DNA of 63,868 bases, the filler included, from Calcarisporiella thermophila CBS 279.70 (taxonomy: Eukaryota; Fungi; Calcarisporiellomycota), in NCBI RefSeq assembly GCF_041956535.1. It is 5 parts of 5 records of this genome, joined end to end, with 100 filler letters (N's around TTAATTAATTAA, not from the genome) between each part and the next. Parts side by side here need not be neighbours in the genome. Positions count along the whole stretch, not along the records: positions 27,420 to 49,396 come from NW_027192195.1; positions 49,497 to 55,280 come from NW_027192205.1; 3 more parts are not named here. The stretch is one strand, 5' to 3'. Shown here in pieces: positions 39,205 through 50,698 of the stretch. The position numbers and the translations under genes were made by a program. Each line of letters opens with the position of its first letter. The first letter of the stretch is position 1. The notes beneath the pieces were generated by a model that had not been told where the DNA came from, made no database searches, and saw nothing but the letters and a program-made list of their open reading frames with translations.

Positions 39205-39849
39205 TTAAATATCGTTGTAGAGGAGTTGGTACTGGAATATCCGTCTTGGATCAATGGGCGACTGAACTATCAACTTACCACGCATGGCCCCCCGGAAAAT
39301 GACCTCGACTAGGTCGATAAAATCCTGTTTGGACATGAAAGACCCGACAAACTTGGTATGATCCGGTGTACTAGGAAAATAATTGGCAAATACATGTTAA
39401 TATCGGGTCGCAATAAAAGGCATGAAGGGGGGGGGGGGGGAATCACAAAAAGGCAAGCGAGAAGAGGGGCCAGGCTTGCCCGAGTCTACTCACCCATAGT
39501 CCACCTTGATATGGGTAGCATTGAAGAAGAAGACGGTGGACGGGATATAAGAGATGTCGAAATACTGGACGTAGTCAGGCACGTCTTCAATAGAAACCGT
39601 ATATATGTCGGCCATGTTTGCTAGCTCAGGCATAGCCTTCTCCAGCTAGATTTCTCGTGAAAACTATAGTCAGAAACCGATTGCGACGAAATCAAAAATG
39701 GTTGGCGACATGACACTCACAATGTAATCAAGCTCCATGCACACTTTGTCATCGGTCCGGCCGAAGCGCAGCACTACCACTTTGTCTTCAGTGTTGCGAA
39801 TCACAGCATTCACCTCGTTACGAGAGGTCAGCCTTGGAAGAATTTCCAT
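39205..39849 (-). CDS. TXNL4B: Thioredoxin-like protein 4B (DIM2), 3 exons
   Basis: Spliced product MEILPRLTS...VVVLRFGR...[60 protein letters not shown]...YQLLYNDI* matches the DIM2 signature rather than DIM1. Confidence 0.9.
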
Positions 39850-40517
39850 CGCGGTTTCCCAGCACGAATCATAGCGTGTGCATTTTTGCAATAGAGAAAG
39901 CGGTCTAAATTGTGCTCGGACAATAAGCCACACCAAGTGCAAAGGAGCTTAAGTAACGGAGAAAAAGACTCCCAACGTTGGGGCGAGAAGCTTTCATTCT
40001 CTCTCACACCCAAGCACCAAAGCTTGTCAGAGGGCGGCCAGGAGAGTTTAGGTTAAAGTCAGTGGGAAAGTTATTACAGCCAAGAGTTCCACATCGGCGG
40101 TAAAGGCAAAAGTATCCATGGCCAATATAAATTAGGTTAATATCAGTTTATTGAAGCTGATACTAACGTTCAACCCGTATCCTTACGACCCTATTGACCA
40201 ATTCAGGAACAACTGTCATCGAATCCAAACCCAGCAAGCTTTCGTAAAAATTGGATGCTAATGCGACAGATTGAGAGGGGGAGACTTGCAAAATATCGTT
40301 TCATTCGTAAAGACACACAGCCAAGGATATCGCGAAAGAAAAATATATATAGCAGTGGAAACAAAATAAAACAATGAAAAAAAAAAAAACAGTTAATCTA
40401 CAAATACATAGGGGATGTGAGGAGAAGAAAGTAGGAGGGGAAAAAGAAATATTGTACGCAAATAAAAAGAAGAGAAAAGAAAATTAACAATAAAGGCGGA
40501 GGCAAGTAAAAAGACAT

Positions 40518-41810
40518 CTATACGATGAACAATCCACGAGGCTTTGAGGAAAGCGCGGAAACCGAGGTGGGAGAGGTCTTAATTGGGGGTGGAGGGGGCG
40601 GGGGTGAATAGAGGGCCGCCTTTGCTCGAATCTCCATGTGGTGCAACGGGGGATTGGATTTGAGAGACATGAGCGACACCAAGGCGCTGGCGGTGTTGGA
40701 GTCCATTTTATCCGAGAGATCCGACCACGATTGGTTTTCAGGCTTGACGGTTATCTGCGAGGGTGGCTGGCGCAGCGAGGAGGGAGGAGTGGAGGGGGAA
40801 TGCGTGGGGTGAGAGGGGGGAGGTGGCGGCGCGTGGAGAGGGTGCGAAGGACGGCGGAGGGAGACCAGGGCCTTGTCGAGGTGGGTTATCAAAGAGGTGG
40901 TTCGATCCAGCAGCGCGGTAAGATGGGACACCTCACGCTGCAGCTCCTGCCGATGAGCAAGGACTACGCGCTCCAATTCCTGCACATTTTCGCCGTTGCG
41001 GACAAGCGCGGAGAGGGGGGGAAGAGGGTTGTGTTCGTTCGCGCATGGGGGAACAGCAGGGTAGTCGTCGGCAGCAGTGATGTTGTAGGAGCTAGAGGAA
41101 CAGTTGGAGGTGGTCGATGCGGCGGAGGAGTGGTGATGGTGTGGAGGGGTTAATGGGTGGGGATTGAGGAGAGATGCAATGCTATTGGGTTGATCTTCAG
41201 TTTCAATCACGTCGGAGGAATGATGGCCATGCTCACTCCACGGACCACCATTGGACCGCTCTCCTCCATTGTGCATTGGATATTCATTGTGCTCAGGTCG
41301 TCTAGCGGTGGCGGTAGCATCTCCCTCTCGCACCGCCATTTTCTTGGCCGGCTCAGCCACCTCCTTTCCATCCCGTTCTCGCTTTCGCTTCAATTGCAGG
41401 GACAAAGGGGGTGAGACGTCTCCGTCCTTTGCACCGGCAAGGACGACTTCGTCGTCGGTTGCAATGAGCGGAACGATATGACGAGGGGGAGATCGCTGGA
41501 TCCCACCGCCCGCGCTCACGCGTTTCCTGCGCTTGATAACGTTGCGCTTCAGCCAGAGAGGACGCGTTTTATTGTGCAGTTTATAGTACAGGCCGCAGGC
41601 ATTGCAGATAGTGTTTCCGGCGTCATCCCGGCGCCAGAGAGGGGTGGTCGTGGTGGAGCAGTTGGCACAGACCGCCTGTTCCTGTGACTGCGGATGCTGA
41701 GTTTGACGTGCTAGGGCGTAGTCGTCGACCGCATTGTCTGGATGATGGGGGTCGGCGCTGGATTGCTCGACAAGGTCGGCCGACTCGTCAGGCTCAAGCT
41801 TCAGGGTCAT
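40518..41810 (-). CDS. GATA zinc-finger transcription factor (single finger plus coiled coil; SreA/Sfu1-like finger)
   Basis: [32 protein letters not shown]...IKRRKR; coiled coil [11 protein letters not shown]. Confidence 0.85.
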   Translation of the reverse strand: MTLKLEPDESADLVEQSSADPHHPDNAVDDYALARQTQHPQSQEQAVCANCSTTTTPLWRRDDAGNTICNACGLYYKLHNKTRPLWLKRNVIKRRKRVSAGGGIQRSPPRHIVPLIATDDEVVLAGAKDGDVSPPLSLQLKRKRERDGKEVAEPAKKMAVREGDATATARRPEHNEYPMHNGGERSNGGPWSEHGHHSSDVIETEDQPNSIASLLNPHPLTPPHHHHSSAASTTSNCSSSSYNITAADDYPAVPPCANEHNPLPPLSALVRNGENVQELERVVLAHRQELQREVSHLTALLDRTTSLITHLDKALVSLRRPSHPLHAPPPPPSHPTHSPSTPPSSLRQPPSQITVKPENQSWSDLSDKMDSNTASALVSLMSLKSNPPLHHMEIRAKAALYSPPPPPPPIKTSPTSVSALSSKPRGLFIV

Positions 41811-41845
41811 GGTGGAGGTAGGGCAGGTTCACGACGGAGCGGCGG

Positions 41846-41878
41846 CTATTTATATATCGTTGACACTAGATAAGATAA
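41846..41878. promoter_or_regulatory. TATA-like element and tandem AGATAA sites just upstream of the GATA factor
   Basis: TATATAAATAG on the minus strand at ~41846-41856; AGATAAGATAA at 41868-41878. Confidence 0.35.
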
Positions 41879-43365
41879 AGGGCGAGGGGGAGGCGACTCA
41901 ATGTGGTAGAGCGCTTGCCTACTAACACGAGAAAGACGTCGTAATAGAGCAATGGGCTGCAGGAGCATTGAATACAACACAGGCGGGGGAATAGTTAAGG
42001 TGTGCGAATTCAGGAGAGATGAAAAGTCTAGGAATTGCGAATCCCATGCACACGCACACGGACACACTGAGCAGGCGGCGACAGGACCAGAGGGGAGGAG
42101 GGGGTGCGGGCGACGCGGAGACGGGCGGGCACGGCCGGTGGAGGAGGGGGAGAGGAAAACAGGAAGAGGAGAGAGGAAAACAAAAGGCAAGATAAAAAGT
42201 TTAAAAAGCTCTTGTTTGAATTAGTTGGGGATTAATGGGCGCTGGGATTGGCCGACAAGAGAATTTGATGTGAAATTTTTTTTTCCCACGAACTCTTCCA
42301 AAGCGAACGAATAAAAATCACGCGGCGAACCTTCTTTGACTGGGAGCGATTGCAGCGCTGCCATATTACGAGTTCCTTCCTGGGAACACGCTTGTGCCCG
42401 CGGCGATTGGGCCCCACACAATATAGCTTGGAAAGTATTAGTTGGTTGCTCAACCGGCGCCGCCGTCAAACCCTACGCTTCCTGCGCCCGGAGGCTTCGC
42501 CCGCTGGCCGTGTGTGCGCTGCGCGCCAGCTGGATTTGAGAGCCATGTGCGATGACGACTTTGGCCCTTGGATCTGCTTCAATCTCACATTCAGAGACAC
42601 GGGAGACCCCCCATACCTGCTACCTCGCATCACCTCGTCCGTATCGCCCCCCGCCCCCCCACGCCAGATCTGCCTGCAGCTACTTCGGTGCAAACGGGCG
42701 CCTGGAGCTTCGCGATATTTTAACTCCTTGAGAGTATTAATAGAAAAAAGGATTGCTCAAATTCAACTTGCTGTCTTTATTATAGAGCAAGCTATAAGCA
42801 ATGCGTCGTAAACGGATATGTCACAATGAGGAAATGTTTGAGTACCCTCTTTTGTGTGGTTTATAAAAGAGGGATCAGTCAATTAGCCAGCCGCTTCCTA
42901 TGCTATTGCCTTTGTGACAATGTATTTTTATTGAGATATCCACCACAACCCCTTAAAACTTAAGAGAACACGGTGCCTTGGGTTAATAATCAATAATGCC
43001 GATAAAATAAAATACTCCAGAGGCACCAGTGATGTCACAAGAATTCTACATCGGTAATCAATTAAGATGCAACTCCAATGCTCTCCAAACTTTTGATCTG
43101 ATAAAAATAATATAAATCCCTACTTTTTCCAACTTAATCAATATATAAACGCTTTAAAATAGAGGGGCTTATTATTTGTATGGCTTCAATATGTATATAC
43201 ATAGTCAGCGAAAAGGTAGCGCTACGGAGCTTCGCTAAAATTAGGAGGTTCAAGAAGCGAAACTATACAGAAATCGGTTGAATCTTGGTTTGAGAGGTAG
43301 GTTGAACCTTTTATTAGGAGGTAGATAGAAATGTAGTTGTAATATGAGAAAAGATAAAAACTCCA

Positions 43366-44534
43366 TCACTTATTTGCTTTGACTATGCTCTCCGCAATGA
43401 GGTTATGCATGTGGGCTATAAAACACAAATAGTAAATACAGAGCATTATTTTAAGTAACGTATTATGAAGTGAGAAACCTAGGATAACATACTTGTTGGG
43501 TGCGACCTATCCCACCATAGATAGCATTCTGGTTTGTTACATACAACGCCATTGTTATAGCAAGCAACGGCCACATCGCAAAGGTCAGGAGGGGGTTGGT
43601 TTATCAAATTATCAAATAAGGTGAAAGAATCAAATAGGGTAAGTTGGACGTCTTTCGCTGATTTCGCGAAATCACTGCAGACGTCGTTGAGCCGGGTATT
43701 GTAACCGTGAACGTGACCGCGTAATTCGGACAGCTTCGTCCCATCGCTCTTGACCATCTCTTTGATCAAGGGCATATATTGGAGGGGAGGAACATTGAGT
43801 ACAAGAAAATGCTTCGCCCCATGGTCATAAAGGTTTTTCTGGCAAAATTCTTAATGAAGGGCCAAATATTCGAACCGGAAATTTAAGTATCCAGTACATA
43901 CCAAAGAAGCTCCGATGGCATCCGCGCTTTTATCAAACTTTTCCAGATCCGAACTATTGAAGTAGATGTCAAATATATCATTGCTGCCTATCCAGATCGC
44001 GTACAACGTTTTGTCCTGGTCCAACCCCAATTTCCCATCTTTAAAGTATTCATCGTAGTAAAGTTGGACCTGTTGTTTCACACAGGGCACGGGCCGATAA
44101 GCAATATCCTACACAAAGACGAAGAGATGTTGAAAGAAGCTAGTCATGTTGGTTCATCTAAGACGTTTACATTATCGGCAGTAGCTCTCAAGTAAGCGAA
44201 ATTATACAGTCGAGAATTCAATTTTGTGGCTAAATACTCATTCTACACTTTGCCATTCGATAGCCTTCCTCCCTATCGATGAGTTAAATTGAGAATGTTA
44301 GAGGATGGAGTTCTCTCCAATCCAACCTCAACCACGAAACTAGAAACTCACTGAATACGGGGGAGGTGGGACCCAATAATCTGCGCTGCGTGCATGACCG
44401 TTATCTGAGTAATTCCCGCCAAACACAACGAGATTCTCGAAGTTGCCTAAGTCACGAGAGCGAAGATGGACTAGCTCAGAGTGGATACCACATATTAACT
44501 GAAAGAGAAAAAGGAGAGAGAATAAAAGATCCAT
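43366..44534 (-). pseudogene. Secreted GDSL/SGNH esterase, 5 exons, with in-frame TAG (44243-45) and catalytic Ser->Asn
   Basis: Signal peptide; LVVFGGNYSDNG, GRLSNGKV*NEYLA, NFAYLRATAD, WIGSND, WWDRSHPT; all splice sites GT-AG; no frameshift. Confidence 0.85.
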
Positions 44535-45439
44535 AGGGGGAAATAGAATGGTTCGTTAGGTTAAAAGCAACTTGATGCGTTGCCCAGAAAAATAATGGAC
44601 GCGTTCATATCTTTTATAAAGTGTCTAGTAATTCGGGTGTAACGGCCAATCGACTGGAATGAATTCCCAAATTAATCAATTAGTTCAAAACGTGCAAATC
44701 GCATTAGTTCATAGACATAAAACAATAAACAAAGTACAAGCTAGGTAAATTACAGTAATAATGGTGGCGTAAGTATAACAAAGCTTCCTATTTATCTCTA
44801 CGCTCTATAATCACTATAGAGAATCTTCAATAATTCAAACTATTTTAATCTAAGAAATTATGCTTAAGCAATCCTGTTATATCGATCAATATAAAAAGCA
44901 TTCTGGGTTAAATTAATTGAGAGTAGCTACTGCCTAGAAGATCTTATCGAATATTGGAGACGACTTAGAATCGCTCTGAAAAGCTACGCTCGTATCTCTT
45001 CGATCTGCTGATAAGTTACACATGCAACCTTTCTACATAATTAAGTAAGTCTATGTTTCTCGAATAGAGCTCAAGGTGAAAAATGCTATTAGTGCAAACC
45101 GGCCGCTCACCATTTTTTTTGGCATGGCCACCATCATTTTAGATCGGCTTATGACGTGGAGAATAATTTCATCACAAGAACATATTCAGATGGTATTCTT
45201 TGAGGTAAAGCTGTCGCCGATAAAAATAATATGATAGCAATGATATATAGTTTAAAAAGTATCAGTATCTAATACGTCGGTGATCAATTAGCGCACAGAG
45301 GGTAAAAAAATTTGCCATACTTAATAATATTAATGCTATTACAAATATTTCATAGTAATACGAAGCTCATACTACCTTTTGCCTCCCAACGTACTAAAAT
45401 AAATATATATTATATCTAACCATACAAAATAAAAATAAA

Positions 45440-45512
45440 CGCCCATGGCAGGACTCGAACCTGCAACCTTTAGATCCGAAGTCTAACGCGCTATCCATTG
45501 CGCCACATGAGC
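45440..45512 (-). tRNA. tRNA-Arg(TCG)
   Basis: GCTCATG/CATGGGC acceptor stem; TTAGA-CTTCGGA-TCTAA anticodon arm; GGTTCGAGTCC. Confidence 0.95.
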
Positions 45513-45528
45513 TCCACTTCCCATTTTT

Positions 45529-47000
45529 TGTTACAGAAATATTAGTATTTCATATAGATAGTCATTGCTGCGCCATAAATAGGAGGAGTAGTGTACGCCT
45601 GGTATGCCAATGAGAATGGCGTGGGTTCGGATCTCACTACCCCTACCAGCACTTACTTTTGGTTTGTGGCTGCTATCCACTTGAACAAAAACTGAGTCTT
45701 TATTATTGAAAAGATTGTTCCTACGAAAAGTACAAGATTACATCGGTTTCACGTACATGCTATTCACGACAACAACGATACACGCATATCGATTGCACGC
45801 CTATCGATCAAAGATCTATATCTCGTTATTTTAAGTCCATTGACATTAACTTAAGGTAATATATGGAAATTAAATAAAAAGTTTCCATTGATTGATAAAA
45901 AAAAACCTTTCCTCTAGAATCACAACATTGCGGGTTCGATTCCCGTAGGTGATACCCGTCCATGAGAGTTTGCCGGATTTTTCACAGGACTCAACCGCTA
46001 TCAATAGTATAGCAACAAGCAATTAATATCAAGCGGCTACAAAAATAGGTAGCAAAAATCCTTAGGAGAAATCCAACCCCAAACATGGGAGACCAGGGGT
46101 AGTACCTGGGTGATTTTGACGTAGAAGTCTACCCTTCCATTCCCTTCAGATAAAAATCATCAAGTGGATGTAAAAAAAATATATCCCAGAGGAGAAAAAA
46201 AATTAAGCCTTGCATAACTCTCTCCACTTCACAGAGAGTGTTAAACGTTAGAATTAACGACCTTCCTGGACGGGAAGAGGAAACCCTCAGAGAAAAGTTG
46301 GAAGCAGCCTTGTCCAAGTATGCCCGAGTCATCCAGCTTGACTTCCAATACTATGGCAACACGGGGTGGTTACAAGACCACTGCTACGCCATACTTGGAA
46401 CTGAACCCTGAAACCACGGAACCTATAGAAAACATTCTACTTCGCCAGTTAGCCATCGACGACGACTATCCACTGTGCCAGCTAAGAGAAGCCCCGAAAT
46501 CAAGACGGTGAACCCGCAAGAATTCCTAGCTTCCCAGAAGAACATGAATTTCGACTTCAGTCCTACTAAATCGCCCACGCGCATCGATCATCCAACACAG
46601 AAAACCGTCTCTAAGCCAAAGAGACCTTCAAAGGCCAAGAGCTCCCTAAGACTAAGGCAAAAACTGCCAGAAGTCCCAACGGAACATGAGCTTAGATATA
46701 TATTACAGCGACAGTAAATGTCACCCTCCTTCAATACCTTTGCTCTCTGAATATCAAACGATATGCGAGAGTAAAGAAAAATTTTCTATCTACATTTCAC
46801 TATCTTACATATTCAACCATTCAAATCAACCAACTCTAACAATCCATTTGCTTTCTTCTCATTTGTAAACCATTTTAAGGTAGGTTGGGGGCAGTACCCA
46901 GGTGATTTAGACGTAGAAGTTACCGTTTTAACTGTACAGGATACTTTTCAATCAAAGTTTCATTTGTTGAAAAAAAAAACTTAAGCCTTGCATAACAAAA
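45529..47000 (+). mobile_element. Second degenerate copy of the tRNA-adjacent retroelement, internally deleted and partly duplicated
   Basis: 45530-45575 matches 7347-7392; ~46100-46460 matches ~8065-8350; 46485-46600 matches 8640-8760; GATTT.GACGTAGAAGT and TTAAGCCTTGCATAAC recur at 46900-47000. Confidence 0.65.
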
Positions 47001-48191
47001 AAAAAGGCTGGACTTTTCATTAATTCTGTGTCTTGCCTGTAGTCTCTGCGTTCGCCATTAGTATTACCTTTGTCTTTTCCAGTCTGTTTCTCTACAATCA
47101 CTCTCTCCCGTCCTGTCGTATCTGGGTCCTCTACATCTGCCTTGTCGTGCCTGGTCTTTCCTTTATTGCTGTCTCTCATTACTGTCCCTTGTTTGCCGTA
47201 CTGTCGTGTCTAATTACTTAATTCTTCTTTAACTTCTTTGTGTTTATATTTTTTTATTGACTTATAAAAACCCGAGAGTTTTAATAACATTAGGAGGATT
47301 CATCAATAGTTTTAGTTGATTTTTCCTTTTTTTGGTACACCTACTAGGGCATTCTTTAACCAGTATTCCTTAGTTAATTATTCTTTATTTTAAACCAATA
47401 TATATTTGCCTTATTCGCACACTTCCTCACATATTCTCCTACTGCCCAATAATTTAAGTAAGCGTTCAGGAGAGTATTAACAGCAAGCAGAACGAGGCAA
47501 ACACTGTCGAGTTTACCGGTCTTCTCTCACAGCTTAATGCTATCAATAGTATAAAATCAAGCAAGTAGTGTTATTTGACTAAATAAAAATATAGATCTAA
47601 AAAATTTATGGGTGTTTATTTATAGGAGTTCATGGAAGGTGCCTAAGTGAATTTGAATTAAATAAATTATCAAGTGGGCGCAAAAATGGCAGTGTCCCAA
47701 GGGAGATAATAATATTTTCTTCCCAATCATTGGAATGGCAGTTAATATACAGTAAGTAAGCAAAGTAATCGGGATGATACAGATGGAAAGGTGCCGAAAC
47801 CCTTCTTTAAAAAGAGGTCACCTGAAAAATAAAAACATGACTCTTACGCAGGTGTTCTCATGTAGTAGCTTTCAAGAAAGACAGGTGACGTGGAGCATTC
47901 CAGTTCAGATACAAGATGATGTTGGATCTACTTTGGTGTATAATAGGTTTCTTTTTATAGATTAACATAATTCACTCATGTTATTCGTAATTTTTTTAAG
48001 GTCACATAGCATTTGCTACAAACCGCCCGAAAATCTAGAGATTTATTTTTAACAAAGTTCTGTGTGGCTTGACAAAGGCGGTTGCTAAACATGGTATATA
48101 TTGAATCTCAAAGTAGTTTGCAACAGTAAACTGTCCCCCCTGGGCTATAAAATCTCTCTGTCAGGTTGTATTTTTTTCTAAACAAGAAAAA

Positions 48192-48545
48192 ATGAAAAGC
48201 ATTTTGTTGATTGCAACTTTTCTTGGGACTCTTCTCACCCTGGCTTCAGGTGTGCCGACAGAACTGGATAAGAGGCAAGAAGGCGAAGAGTTTGAGGCGG
48301 AAACCTTTACAGATGCGTACCTGGTAGTATATCCGGAGTGTAATTACAAAGGGACCCCTAATAAAGTGACAAAGACCGGTTGTTTGGATGCCACGGACCT
48401 TAATATTGGATCCTATAAAGTTCGCAAGGGCTACAAAGTCACTTGGTACGATTTTTACGTTTGCCCTAAGGATCAGGTCATCAAAATTCCGAGCAAGTGC
48501 AACACTGGATATAACCCAGGGTCGGTTAAAATTCAGAAGAAGTAG
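48192..48545 (+). CDS. Small secreted protein with beta/gamma-crystallin-like motif and KR pro-site
   Basis: Signal peptide; LDKR; VVYPECNYKG...IGSYKVRKGYKVTWYD Greek-key-like motif; TATAAA upstream. Confidence 0.75.
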   Translation: MKSILLIATFLGTLLTLASGVPTELDKRQEGEEFEAETFTDAYLVVYPECNYKGTPNKVTKTGCLDATDLNIGSYKVRKGYKVTWYDFYVCPKDQVIKIPSKCNTGYNPGSVKIQKK

Positions 48546-49237
48546 CTTTGTTTATTCTACCTATAATATATGCTCTGTGTCCACTAGTGTGTTCAAATAG
48601 GTCTTTTTTTCAATAACAATACACCTCCCAATAAAGGGGTTTTTTTTTACTTATAGTAAGCAGTTGAGCTCAAAAATCAAGATAATACTTAAAAAATATT
48701 CAATTGAACCTCTTTTTAGCGAATATTGCAATCTATTTTTGTATTCTGTTCTAAACCTGTGCTTGTTTCTCAGTTGATTGTCTAGATTCACAAAAGCTAT
48801 ATATATAAAGTATTTTTTTCGAGTTCTGAAAGAGCATTCATTTAAAACAGTTAATAACAAGGAGAATGATTACTATGTTCTTCTGATAGAAGAGATATTT
48901 TTATAGTGTGGAGACAAACCCAATTGTAATATGTTTAAAACAGGATGTGAGGTTTAGCATGATATAAAGCAGCTTGATATTTAAGACAAAGAAAATAATG
49001 CAACCCTATATACTAAATAAACGCAATGGGACACTGAATTATTTTAGCCAAAGGAAAACCCATAAACTGAATGAGAATATCTGCAAGGTTGTTGTAGACT
49101 TTTAAAGTTTTACGTATAAAAAAAAGAGGCCGGAAAATCGGAGTGAGGGAGAGGAATTGAATACGCACGCAAACTTGTTCGATGCTCTTGTCGGTTAAAT
49201 ATGTGACTAAAGAAAAATATAGGATCCAAAAAATTTG

Positions 49238-49309
49238 TGCCTAAGGCGCGAATCGAACGCGCGATCTTCTGTTTACGAGACAGACGCTATGCCACTAAGC
49301 CACTCAGGC
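49238..49309 (-). tRNA. tRNA-Thr(CGT)
   Basis: GCCTGAG/CTTAGGC acceptor stem; TCTGT-CTCGTAA-ACAGA anticodon arm; GCGCG-TTCGATT-CGCGC T-arm. Confidence 0.93.
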
Positions 49310-49496
49310 AATTTTCGAGGACGAAATGTTATGGGCTGTGGTGAATTTAACCCATCGTCCAGCGAAGACCTAATACTAGATTCAACCCTAATACTCNNNN
49401 NNNNNNNNNNNNNNNNNNNNNNNNNNNNNNNNNNNNNNNNTTAATTAATTAANNNNNNNNNNNNNNNNNNNNNNNNNNNNNNNNNNNNNNNNNNNN

Positions 49497-50698
49497 TAAC
49501 GAAAGTAATTTGTGACTTTCGGACTCCTATAGTTTAATATAATAATAATAGTATAAATATAAAGAGAAAAATAGGTGTTTATTAGTAGTGTAATAAGAAA
49601 AATGATATTATATCTGATCCTTACCTATAATAATAATAGTAAAAAAATAAAGAGAAAAATAGGAGTGAGGATCAGAAAACAAATAGCTGAACTATTTAAA
49701 GACTAACAAGAAAAACAATAAACAGGATTTATCATTTACAAACAAGTAATAATTAGATGCATGTAAAAATTAAAATCAAATTAAAATCCTGACATTCACC
49801 CCCTCTTCAATCGGCCCCTCTTTGAAAACTTGGCTCGCTTTTCGAATTCTTTTATGGCCTCTGGAGCGGCCATGTCCTCTTTGTTGACCCATGATTCCTC
49901 TTCGGTCGGATATCCTTTCCACAAAACAAAATATTGGACTTTATATTTCTTAACGCGCTTCTTAAGTATACGCTCGATCTCGTAATGTAGTCCATCAGGA
50001 GTCTCGATTGGTGGAGGCGGTGGTTCCTCGCGTCCCTGGAATTCCTCTGGGTTTGGTGTATAAGGCTTTAACAGGGATGCATGGAACACGTCGTGAATCT
50101 TGAAATTTTCTGGCAACTCGAGACGATAGTTAACTGGCGATATTCTTTCCTTGATCTTATATGGTCCAATGAACGGATCAGTTAGTTTCCTCGGAAGTTG
50201 TGTCTTGTTGATCAAAATATCTAAGTTGGCAGTCGATAACATGACTTGATCGCCAACAAGACACAACCCATTGAGTTCCAACTCCCGCCGATGTCGGTCC
50301 GCGAATCTTGCTTGTGACTCTTGGGCTTCCTTAATGTTGTCACTTGCATCCCGGATTAGATGATCTATCCTTGTAACCATATCGCTCGCCGCCGGTACTT
50401 CCGATGCACCCTCCCCCTCCCCTTGACTTAGCGCTGAAAGCAGTAATTGAGGGTGTCTACCATTGTTCAATAAAAACGGAGAATACCCAGGTGATGCTTG
50501 AGTGGCGTTGTTGATCGCAAATTCCACCGGTGTTAACCAGAGATCCCAATCTTCCGGCGATTGTTGTTGAATATAGGCACGTAATATCTTCTCAATTGTC
50601 TGGTTAGTGCGCTCAGTTTGCCCATCAGAATATGGATGACAAGCGGTACTGAATTTCAACTTTGTGCCTAATAATCGGTGTAATTTAAGATGACTCAC
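49497..50698 (-). mobile_element. Ty3/gypsy chromovirus 3' fragment: integrase, GPY motif, chromodomain, PPT and start of 3' LTR
   Basis: HPYSDGQTERTN, FIGPYKI, IHDVFHASLLKPY, YEIERIL...YFVLWKGYPTEEESW; PPT GAAGAGGGGGTGAA then TGTCAGG at 49794. Confidence 0.9.

Noticed and set aside
40638-42811. Many overlapping ORFs antisense to or upstream of the GATA gene (similarly within USP7)
   Set aside because: Expected shadow ORFs in GC-rich DNA.
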